Shown here: positions 39,993 through 48,356 of the stretch, piece after piece
How the letters are laid out: each line of letters starts with the position of its first letter
Numbering within the stretch: the first letter of the stretch is position 1
From: an uncultured Porphyromonadaceae bacterium
GTDB taxonomy: Bacteria > Bacteroidota > Bacteroidia > Bacteroidales > Barnesiellaceae_A
NCBI GenBank assembly: GCA_937891845.1
Contig: CALATP010000049.1
Coordinates: 103,743-167,742 of the forward strand
DNA length: 64,000 nt
Direction: 5' to 3'
Translations under genes and position numbers: made by a program
The notes under the pieces: model-generated
What the model was told of the DNA's origin: nothing
The model's database searches: none
The model's input: the letters and a program-made list of their open reading frames with translations, nothing else

Positions 39993-40685
39993 TTACCTCC
40001 ACCTTGAGCAGTCGAATGTGTGTAATTCGTCATCAACAAGTACATATATATACTCTATGTAATTTGTTTTTTTCTCGTGTGTTAAAAAATTATTAAGATT
40101 CGTCCATCCTAATTTAAGTTTGTCTTCATCCCAGCCGGTGGCATTGGGTATGTATAAAAACAAGCAATTTTCTCTATCTCCAGTTTTGTGATAGTATCTA
40201 GGAAGTTGTCTATTTTTGGTATTAAGAGCATTTCTGTAACCGTTATGCTCGAAATTTACCGGTATTTCTGTTATGGTTTTAATATCCATAACCTTTCCAT
40301 TTATTAAGGCATCCAAGGCTACAACAACATTGTTGTCCTCTCCTATTATATCTTCGGGCAGTAAGATGCAAGAGTGTCCGTTGTTATAAAGCCAATTTTG
40401 CACCCTTTTTTCGCATAGTTTTCCGAAGTCATTTTTTTCTGCCTTGTTGTGTCCTATATGCGTCGCTTTCATACCACCCTTTGCATTGATTTTGACATCT
40501 TTGTAATCGGGGTTGTTCTTATACTCCTTATAAAGTTGTTTGTTAACAATAGAATTTGCCGATAAACACACATAGCAATCGCCACGGCTACCTCTAGCCA
40601 GAGCCATTAGTTTTTTGCCTATATTGACAAAAGGGCAGGAAGTGCAGTTCTTGGGAAAGTAAGGGTGATGGTCGTTGAATAACAC
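39993..40685 (-). CDS. orphan ORF: Cys4 zinc-ribbon-like N-terminus plus PD-(D/E)xK-like nuclease core; possibly a 5'-truncated toxin cassette
   Basis: 230 codons from a GTG, with the frame open a further 34 codons upstream (to 40787) without an ATG. Contains C-x2-C...C-x2-C (NCTSCP...GDCYVC). Also contains helix-E (LCEKRV), VVALDAL, and VMDIKT (D...DxK, coded at ~40281-40328). I found no TAnnTTTG promoter. Confidence 0.45.
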   Translation of the reverse strand: MLFNDHHPYFPKNCTSCPFVNIGKKLMALARGSRGDCYVCLSANSIVNKQLYKEYKNNPDYKDVKINAKGGMKATHIGHNKAEKNDFGKLCEKRVQNWLYNNGHSCILLPEDIIGEDNNVVVALDALINGKVMDIKTITEIPVNFEHNGYRNALNTKNRQLPRYYHKTGDRENCLFLYIPNATGWDEDKLKLGWTNLNNFLTHEKKTNYIEYIYVLVDDELHTFDCSRWR

Positions 40686-40887
40686 TCCGTCCTTTCCGGG
40701 ATTGTTGTCGAGTCCCGGTGCGGGTGAGTTTTTGGCATCACCGATGGGTATAGTAGGGATATCGGTAGGAGGCAGGTCGGTAAAGAATCAAAGTGGAGGA
40801 TATAAATATCTTATTGCAACTTTTTCATCACTACATTACTATTATTAATAAGAAAAGTAGTAAATTTGCACAAAATAATGCCTTACA

Positions 40888-42174
40888 ATGAATACCTCAG
40901 AGAGAAACCAAATTGTCAACCTCGTTAAGCACGAAGTTGTACCCGCTATCGGTTGTACCGAACCCATAGCAGTAGCCTTGTGTGTTGCATACGCAACAGA
41001 AACCTTGGGATGTCGTCCTGAAAAAATAGACGTATTTTTAAGTGCCAACGTATTGAAAAATGCGATGGGCGTGGGAATACCCGGAACAGGAATGATAGGA
41101 TTGCCTATTGCAATTGCTCTAGGCGCACTTATCGGAAAAACCGAATATCAGCTTGAAGTACTTAAAGATTGTAACCCCGACGAGGTAGAACGGGGCAAAA
41201 AGATGATTGAAAGTAATTGCATTAACATCAAGCTCAAGGAAGGAATTACCGAGAAGTTGTATATTGAGGTTACTTGTCAAGCCAACGGACATAAAGCCAC
41301 TGCTACTATTGCCGGCACACACACCAATGTGATTTACCTGGCATACGATAATGACGTGCGCGTGAGTAAGTCAGCTTCATCGGCCGAGGCTACAAATGAA
41401 GATACTGTCAATCTTACGATGAAACGAGTGTGGGATTTTGCTACAACAGCACCACTAGAAGAAATAGATTTCATACTGGAATCGGCTCGCCTCAATAAAG
41501 CCGCCGCAGAATTTTCGTTCAAAGGCAACTATGGACACTGCCTCGGCAATACAATGAAGGGTAAACTCGAACAAGCCATAATGGGTAACAATACTTTTAC
41601 ACACGTACTATCATACACATCTGCCGCTTGTGATGCACGTATGGCCGGTGCTATGGTTCCTGTTATGAGTAACTCGGGAAGTGGCAACCAAGGTATTGCA
41701 GCAACTATGCCTGTGGTAATATTTGCCGAAGATAACAGAAACAGTAAAGAGCAACTTACTCGCGCTCTTATGCTCAGTCACCTTACTACTATCTACATTA
41801 AGCAAACACTAGGTCGTTTGTCGGCTTTGTGTGGTTGTGTAGTTGCCACAACAGGCGCAAGTTGCGGTATTACTTACCTTATGGGTGGTGATTATACCAA
41901 TATTACATACGCTGTAAAAAATATGATAGCCAACCTCACCGGTATGATATGCGATGGTGCAAAACCCAGTTGTGCGCTGAAGATAACTGGAAGTGTTGCC
42001 AACTGTATGATGGCGGCTATGCTTGCAATGGAGGGTCGCTATGTAACGGCTCTGGAAGGAATTATAGATGAAGACGTAGATAAATGCATACGTAACCTCA
42101 CTCGCATTGGAGCACAAGGTATGAACGAAACCGATGCATTGGTATTGGACATAATGACTCACAAAAGTTGCTAA
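40888..42174 (+). CDS. UPF0597 family protein (serine dehydratase alpha-like / L-cysteine desulfidase-like)
   Basis: 428 aa. VVPAIGCTEPIA N-terminal motif, a SGSGNQG loop, and ICDGAKPSCALK. A TAAATTTG -7 box lies upstream. Confidence 0.8.
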   Translation: MNTSERNQIVNLVKHEVVPAIGCTEPIAVALCVAYATETLGCRPEKIDVFLSANVLKNAMGVGIPGTGMIGLPIAIALGALIGKTEYQLEVLKDCNPDEVERGKKMIESNCINIKLKEGITEKLYIEVTCQANGHKATATIAGTHTNVIYLAYDNDVRVSKSASSAEATNEDTVNLTMKRVWDFATTAPLEEIDFILESARLNKAAAEFSFKGNYGHCLGNTMKGKLEQAIMGNNTFTHVLSYTSAACDARMAGAMVPVMSNSGSGNQGIAATMPVVIFAEDNRNSKEQLTRALMLSHLTTIYIKQTLGRLSALCGCVVATTGASCGITYLMGGDYTNITYAVKNMIANLTGMICDGAKPSCALKITGSVANCMMAAMLAMEGRYVTALEGIIDEDVDKCIRNLTRIGAQGMNETDALVLDIMTHKSC

Positions 42175-42225
42175 TACTGAAATAGTTAAAAAACTCAACG
42201 ACAACCGACAACTGTAAAACAACGT

Positions 42226-44403
42226 ATGAAAAGAATTTTATGGGCTTTGTTGATTGCCCTTATGACAACAACTATCGGCTATGCGGCTGAACTGAACTTG
42301 CGAGACATTACCAACAATGTATATCGCGGTAGAGGTACTGAAGTAATTACACCCTCAAAAGATGGTATACACTACTATGCTGCCAACAATGACCTTACCA
42401 AGATTGAGAAGTTTGAATACAAAACCGGTAAGGCTGTAGCTACTCTGTTTGATGTAACAACAGCACGAGAGTGCCATATCAAATCGTTTGAAGGATATGC
42501 TCTCAGTGATGATGAAACTCGCTTGCTCATATATACCAATAGCGAACCCATATATCGTCACTCGTTTGTAGCCGATTACTACACATTTGAGATCAAACGT
42601 AATCTTCTTAAGCCCCTATCGACAGCTGGCAAACAACAAGCAGCAATATACTCTCCTAATGGTCGTATGGTAGCCTTTGTTCGTGACAACAACATTTATA
42701 TCAAAAAACTCGACTATGGTACTGAAATTGCTGTGACCAAGGATGGCGAGAAAAACAAAATAATAAATGGTGTGCCCGACTGGGTATACGAAGAAGAGTT
42801 TGGTTTTTCATCGGCTATGCAATGGAGTAGTGATAGCGAGTTACTTTCTTTCATACGTTTCAACGAAGAACCGGTAAAAGAATTTGCATTCACACTATTT
42901 GGCTCGTATAGCCCCAACTACCCTGAATATGAGTTATATCCCGGTGAAATGCGCTACAAATACCCCGTAGCCGGTGAAGTAAACTCACGCGTGCAAGTTG
43001 TTACATATACTGTTGAAACACGAGCTCTCAAGACTCACAATGTTCCTATGGATGCCGATGGTTATATTCCTCGCATCTACGCTATGCCCGAAGCCGATCA
43101 ATTGGCTGTTGTTACGCTCAACCGTCATCAAAACCATATTTCATTATACAAGCTCAATGTACGTTCGGGAGTGAACCGACTTCTGCTCGAAGATGAAGAT
43201 AATGCGTGGATAGACCAATCGGTGCTTGATATGATGCACTTCTACCCCGATTTCTTTATTTTTGCCAGTGATCGTGATGGATGGATGCGTCTTTACAAAT
43301 ACAACAACAATGGTCTGGTACAACAGGCGGTATCACCCGAAGCGCAAGATGTAACAGCATATTTGGGTTGTAACGAGGCAACCGGAACATTCTATTGTCA
43401 AGCAACAGCAGGTGCTATAAATCGTGCCATATACAGTTATGACAAGAAAAAAGGATTGGTCAATCTTACTCCCGAAGCAGGATTTCACACTGCTATGTTT
43501 AACCCTTCGTGTAGCTATTATATTCACGGATATAGCTCCGCCACTACCCCACCGGTATACAACCTTCGCACAGCCGATGGCAAGGTAATACGCAATATAG
43601 AGAGTAACAGTGAAGTAGTTGAAGCAGTAGCAGCTACCAACCTGCCTCAACGTGAGTTTTTCACAATGGATAATGGCAATGGATATATGCTCAATGGTTT
43701 TATGGTGAAACCTTATAACTTCGATGCACAACAACAATATCCGGCAGTACTTGTACAATACAGCGGTCCCGGCTCACAAGAGGTATTAAACAACTGGGAA
43801 GTCGATTGGTATCACTACCTGGCCAACCAAGGATTTGTTGTATTCTGTGTCGACGGTCGTGGAACAGGTGGTCGCGGTAAAGCATTTGAAAGTATTGTAT
43901 ATCAAAACCTCGGTCGATACGAAACAGAAGACCAAGTATCAGTAGCTCGTTATGCTGCATCATTACCCTATATAGATGGTAATAACATAGGTATATGGGG
44001 TTGGAGTTTTGGTGGATATGAAACATTGATGGCAATGACAACCGGTGGTGGCACATTCAAAGCAGGTGTAGCTATTGCTCCTGTAACCGACTGGCGCTAC
44101 TATGACACAATCTATGCCGAGAGATATATGCGCACACCCAACGAAAATTACGATGGATATAAATACGGAGCGCCTATCACTCACGCCTCTAAATTGCAAG
44201 GCGACCTTCTTATCGTTTCGGGAACAGCCGACGACAACGTACATATGAGTAATACAATGGAAATGGTATCGGCACTGATTGCAGCTGACAAGCAATTTGA
44301 TATGATGATATATCCCAATCAAAATCATAGTATCAGAGGTGAAAATTCACGCTTCCACATCTATACTCTTGTGTGCAACTTCTATAACGAAAAACTCAAA
44401 TAA
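42226..44403 (+). CDS. dipeptidyl-peptidase IV (S9B prolyl oligopeptidase family)
   Basis: 725 aa with a signal peptide, a beta-propeller region, the nucleophile motif GWSFGGY, and the GTADDNVH and NHSI triad contexts. Confidence 0.9.
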   Translation: MKRILWALLIALMTTTIGYAAELNLRDITNNVYRGRGTEVITPSKDGIHYYAANNDLTKIEKFEYKTGKAVATLFDVTTARECHIKSFEGYALSDDETRLLIYTNSEPIYRHSFVADYYTFEIKRNLLKPLSTAGKQQAAIYSPNGRMVAFVRDNNIYIKKLDYGTEIAVTKDGEKNKIINGVPDWVYEEEFGFSSAMQWSSDSELLSFIRFNEEPVKEFAFTLFGSYSPNYPEYELYPGEMRYKYPVAGEVNSRVQVVTYTVETRALKTHNVPMDADGYIPRIYAMPEADQLAVVTLNRHQNHISLYKLNVRSGVNRLLLEDEDNAWIDQSVLDMMHFYPDFFIFASDRDGWMRLYKYNNNGLVQQAVSPEAQDVTAYLGCNEATGTFYCQATAGAINRAIYSYDKKKGLVNLTPEAGFHTAMFNPSCSYYIHGYSSATTPPVYNLRTADGKVIRNIESNSEVVEAVAATNLPQREFFTMDNGNGYMLNGFMVKPYNFDAQQQYPAVLVQYSGPGSQEVLNNWEVDWYHYLANQGFVVFCVDGRGTGGRGKAFESIVYQNLGRYETEDQVSVARYAASLPYIDGNNIGIWGWSFGGYETLMAMTTGGGTFKAGVAIAPVTDWRYYDTIYAERYMRTPNENYDGYKYGAPITHASKLQGDLLIVSGTADDNVHMSNTMEMVSALIAADKQFDMMIYPNQNHSIRGENSRFHIYTLVCNFYNEKLK

Positions 44404-44420
44404 GAAGCAAGACTCTATAA

Positions 44421-45353
44421 ATGCTCGACCTAATAGCTATTATAGGCCCAACAGCATCGGGTAAAACGACACTTGCTGTAGCTTTGGCTAAGAGAATCGG
44501 TACTGAAATTATCAGTGCCGATTCTCGGCAGTTATATATAGGTATGGATATAGGTACAGGCAAGGACTTGGCCGAATACACCATAGACGGTGTCAATATC
44601 CCCTATCACCTCATAGATATATGTCCTGCCGGCTATCGGTATAATCTCTTTGAATATGTTAGAGATTTCAATGCTGTGTACACTGATATGATAGTGCGAG
44701 GCAAGCAACCTCTGCTATGCGGCGGTACAGGTCTTTATGTCGAGACAATACTAAAAGGCTATGCACTGCCTCCTGTGCCCGAGAATACCGCACTTCGCAG
44801 TGAATTAGAAGGCAAATCATTAGACGAATTAGCCAACATCCTACGTGGATATAAAGTACTACACAACACCACCGATATAGATACCTGCAAGAGAGCAATA
44901 CGCGCCATAGAAATAGCCCAATACTACAGCCAACAAGAGCCTGAATTGCTTGAACCTAAACCTCTACGTAACACCCTCATTGTAGGAGTTGATATAGACC
45001 GCGAATTGCGTCGTACCAAGATTACTCGTCGCCTACACGAACGCCTTAATGAAGGAATGGTAGACGAGGTAAAAGCGCTTATTGACAGTGGTATTGACCC
45101 GGAATCGCTTATATACTACGGACTAGAATATAAATTTCTTACCGAGTATATAATAGGTCGCACAACATATGATGAGATGGTTGAGAGACTAGAGATAGCC
45201 ATACATCAGTTTGCCAAGAGACAAATGACCTGGTTCAGAGGAATGGAACGACGCGGCCACACTATAAGATGGATAGATGCAACCATTCCTACCGACGAGA
45301 AAGTCGACATCATCGAACAATGGATTGAAGAGGCTGAAAAAGAAAAAGAATAA
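44421..45353 (+). CDS. miaA: tRNA dimethylallyltransferase
   Basis: P-loop GPTASGKT, SADSRQLY, and a conserved MiaA core. Confidence 0.92.
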   Translation: MLDLIAIIGPTASGKTTLAVALAKRIGTEIISADSRQLYIGMDIGTGKDLAEYTIDGVNIPYHLIDICPAGYRYNLFEYVRDFNAVYTDMIVRGKQPLLCGGTGLYVETILKGYALPPVPENTALRSELEGKSLDELANILRGYKVLHNTTDIDTCKRAIRAIEIAQYYSQQEPELLEPKPLRNTLIVGVDIDRELRRTKITRRLHERLNEGMVDEVKALIDSGIDPESLIYYGLEYKFLTEYIIGRTTYDEMVERLEIAIHQFAKRQMTWFRGMERRGHTIRWIDATIPTDEKVDIIEQWIEEAEKEKE

Positions 45354-45389
45354 AGCAAACATATACACCACATAATTACATATATATAA

Positions 45390-47039
45390 ATGATTTCAGT
45401 AGATGGACTTACCGTAGAATTTGGCGGTACTACCCTATTTCAAGATATTTCATTCGTAATTAACGAGAAAGACCGTATAGCACTAATGGGCAAAAACGGA
45501 GCCGGGAAATCGACCCTGCTAAAAATATTGGCGGGAGTTCGTCAAGCTACACGTGGTAGTATATCGGCGCCTAAAGATACGGTTATAGCCTACCTTCCGC
45601 AGCACCTTATGACCGAAAACAGCCGTACGGTCTTTGAAGAGACATCTCAAGCCTTTGCACACTTATTTGAGATGGAAGCTGAAATAAACAGGATGAATGA
45701 TGAGTTGGCAACACGTACCGACTACGAGAGTGAAAGCTACTACGCGCTCATAGAACAAGTAGCAGCTATGAGCGAAAAATTCTATGCCATCGACCTCACA
45801 CACTATGAGGAAGATGTTGAGAAAATATTATTGGGTCTTGGATTTGAGCGTAAAGACTTCAACCGTCCGACTGAAGAATTTAGCGGTGGTTGGCGTATGC
45901 GCATTGAATTGGCCAAATTATTACTCAAAAAGCCCGACGTACTATTGCTAGATGAGCCAACCAATCACTTGGATATAGAATCGATTCAATGGCTCGAAGA
46001 GTTTCTCATAAATAATGGTCAGGCAGTAATTGTCATCTCGCACGACCGCGCATTTGTTGACCATATTACAACTCGCACCATAGAAGTGACAATGGGTCGA
46101 ATATATGACTATAAAGTAAACTATTCGCAATATCTTGAACTTCGCAAAGAACGTCGCGAGCAGCAAATGAAAGCCTATAATGACCAACAAAAGATGATTG
46201 CCGAAACCAAAGAGTTTATTGAGCGATTTAAAGGTACATACTCCAAGACGTTGCAAGTGCAATCTCGTGTCAAGATGCTAGAGAAACTAGAGATTATTGA
46301 AGTAGACGAAGAAGATACATCGGCATTACGTCTTCGTTTCCCACCGGCACCTCGTTCGGGCAGTTATCCGGTTATAGCCGATGGTGTAGGAAAGGCATAC
46401 GGAGAAAAACGCGTATTTGCCAATGCAAATTTCACCATTGAACGCGGTGAAAAAGTAGCATTTGTTGGTAAAAATGGTGAGGGTAAATCAACCCTAGTCA
46501 AGTGTATTATGGGTGAAATTGAACACGAAGGTACGCTTACATTAGGACATAATGTAATGATTGGCTATTTTGCTCAAAATCAAGCATCGCTTCTTGATGA
46601 AAATCTCACTGTATTCCAGACAATAGATGATGTAGCCAAAGGAGACGTGCGCTTACAAATACGCGACCTACTAGGAGCATTTATGTTCGGCGGTGAGGAA
46701 TCTACCAAGAAAGTAAAAGTTTTATCTGGTGGTGAACGTACACGCCTCGCAATGATTAAGTTACTGTTAGAGCCTGTCAACTTACTTATTCTTGATGAGC
46801 CTACCAACCATCTGGATATGAAAACCAAGGATATACTCAAAAGCGCATTACAGGCATTTGATGGTACACTCATCGTTGTATCGCACGACCGCGATTTCCT
46901 TGATGGATTAGTTACTAAGGTATATGAATTTGGTGAAGGTAAAGTTCGCGAACATCTCGGTGGCGTATATGACTTCCTAGAAAAGAAACGCATAGAGAAC
47001 CTTAACGAACTTGAGAGAAACAAATTATTAAAATCCTAA
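45390..47039 (+). CDS. ABC-F family ATPase (paralog of 25309..27255, lacks the C-terminal extension)
   Basis: 549 aa. Colinear with the other ABC-F, and by eye most residues are identical. Includes the identical run GEKVAFVGKNGEGKSTLVKCIMGEI. Confidence 0.9.
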   Translation: MISVDGLTVEFGGTTLFQDISFVINEKDRIALMGKNGAGKSTLLKILAGVRQATRGSISAPKDTVIAYLPQHLMTENSRTVFEETSQAFAHLFEMEAEINRMNDELATRTDYESESYYALIEQVAAMSEKFYAIDLTHYEEDVEKILLGLGFERKDFNRPTEEFSGGWRMRIELAKLLLKKPDVLLLDEPTNHLDIESIQWLEEFLINNGQAVIVISHDRAFVDHITTRTIEVTMGRIYDYKVNYSQYLELRKERREQQMKAYNDQQKMIAETKEFIERFKGTYSKTLQVQSRVKMLEKLEIIEVDEEDTSALRLRFPPAPRSGSYPVIADGVGKAYGEKRVFANANFTIERGEKVAFVGKNGEGKSTLVKCIMGEIEHEGTLTLGHNVMIGYFAQNQASLLDENLTVFQTIDDVAKGDVRLQIRDLLGAFMFGGEESTKKVKVLSGGERTRLAMIKLLLEPVNLLILDEPTNHLDMKTKDILKSALQAFDGTLIVVSHDRDFLDGLVTKVYEFGEGKVREHLGGVYDFLEKKRIENLNELERNKLLKS

Positions 47040-47058
47040 CTACAATACACTAGGTTGT

Positions 47059-47532
47059 ATGAAAATACAATTCATCGTCGTTGGCAAAACTGCACAAAGC
47101 TATTTGGTAGAAAGTATAGCCGACTATACAGCACGAATACGTCGCTACCTACCATTCGATATGGAGGTAATACCGGAGCTGAAAAACACCAAAAGCCTCA
47201 CTACTGACCAACAAAAAGAGAAAGAAGGTGAAGCTATACTACGCACTTTACAACCGGGTGACTTCGTAGTACTTCTTGATGAACACGGACTAGAATTTAC
47301 TTCAGTTAAGTTCGCTCGTTACATCGAACAAAAAATGCAGACTGTGTCGCGTCGCTTAGTATTTGTTGTAGGTGGCCCCTACGGTTTTTCTCCGGCAGTA
47401 TATGACCGATGCAACGATAAATTATCATTATCTAAAATGACGTTTTCACACCAAATGGTACGCTTGTTCTTTACAGAACAATTGTACCGAGCAATGACAA
47501 TAATCAACAACGAACCTTATCATCACGAATAA
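47059..47532 (+). CDS. rlmH: 23S rRNA (pseudouridine1915-N3)-methyltransferase
   Basis: 157 aa SPOUT fold, with the LDE.G and GG.YG motifs and a C-terminal HQ..R..L.EQ.YRA. Confidence 0.9.
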   Translation: MKIQFIVVGKTAQSYLVESIADYTARIRRYLPFDMEVIPELKNTKSLTTDQQKEKEGEAILRTLQPGDFVVLLDEHGLEFTSVKFARYIEQKMQTVSRRLVFVVGGPYGFSPAVYDRCNDKLSLSKMTFSHQMVRLFFTEQLYRAMTIINNEPYHHE

Positions 47533-47548
47533 ATCGATACTATAACTT

Positions 47549-48262
47549 ATGAAAAAACACATTATCACATCACTGCTTCTACTGGTAGCAACACTGTGCG
47601 CATTGGCCAACGATGCAATGGAAACAATCGAGATGTCTGAATTAAACACATCTGAAAATGAGAGCCCTAAATATGTCAGTCACATTGGTACAATGTGGGA
47701 TCTTTCTATTGGAAAGGATTGGGGCTTTATGCGTGCAACTGTACAACAAAGTGTATTTACTATTGACACAGAATTGGAACGTGCTATGAGTATACTGAGT
47801 CTTGATGCGCCCATCATCCCTACCTATTTACGAGTAAATGCGCTTGGTTTTTATCTATACTATCGTATGGGACAAGGAAACTATCGCCATTTGCTTCGAT
47901 ATCACGCCGGACTCAGCGGTTCAGTTCCATTGAGGCCACTCAACATAACTTGGGCTACGCGATATGAGTCGACCTATGTACTTGGAAACGATGGCCCAAC
48001 AAATAAGTTTCGTGCGCGCTTAAGATTGGTAAGTAAAATTCCAAATTCCAAAATACAACCTTTCATAGGAAGCGAATTTTTTCTTGTACTCAATAATAAA
48101 AATGCAGGTCGTGGCGAAAGAATTTGGTACGACATAGGTGTAAGTTATACAATAGACAAAAACAACAAGATAGAATTTCTTGTACGTGAGGAACAAATGA
48201 TTCTCACAACACCTCGCCAATGGAATACCAACATAGGGTTTGCATATAAAATATCACTATAA
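47549..48262 (+). CDS. putative outer-membrane beta-barrel protein (resembles DUF2490)
   Basis: Signal peptide, alternating-hydrophobic beta-strand pattern, and a C-terminal aromatic-rich strand. The family assignment is from memory only. Confidence 0.45.
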   Translation: MKKHIITSLLLLVATLCALANDAMETIEMSELNTSENESPKYVSHIGTMWDLSIGKDWGFMRATVQQSVFTIDTELERAMSILSLDAPIIPTYLRVNALGFYLYYRMGQGNYRHLLRYHAGLSGSVPLRPLNITWATRYESTYVLGNDGPTNKFRARLRLVSKIPNSKIQPFIGSEFFLVLNNKNAGRGERIWYDIGVSYTIDKNNKIEFLVREEQMILTTPRQWNTNIGFAYKISL

Positions 48263-48287
48263 CAAACAATACATCACAGATAGCTGA

Positions 48288-48330
48288 AAATAACGCGATG
48301 CACAGAATAATGTTGTGCATCGCGTTATTT
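48288..48330. terminator. bidirectional terminator between convergent genes
   Basis: 17-nt arms AAATAACGCGATGCACA / TGTGCATCGCGTTATTT, A-rich on the left and T-rich on the right. Confidence 0.65.
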
Positions 48331-48356
48331 TTAAGTTATCGTAATATCAATTTATC

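Noticed and set aside
39626-40045. A 139-aa minus-strand ORF listed in the ORF track.
   Set aside because: It is a chimera. Its N-terminal half is the antisense of the candidate sRNA/terminator plus the overlap with the nuclease-like ORF, and is low-complexity (GGGNKKGRSPSHYSSTARIGNSPHPAQ). Only the last ~70 codons look protein-like, and I treated those as a gpD-like fragment.
39268-40790. Base composition as evidence that the islet is foreign.
   Set aside because: Hand counts of single 60-nt lines gave 33-43% GC inside the islet. The adjacent DMT gene gave 30% and the UPF0597 gene 47%. The ranges overlap, so composition is uninformative without a proper windowed calculation.
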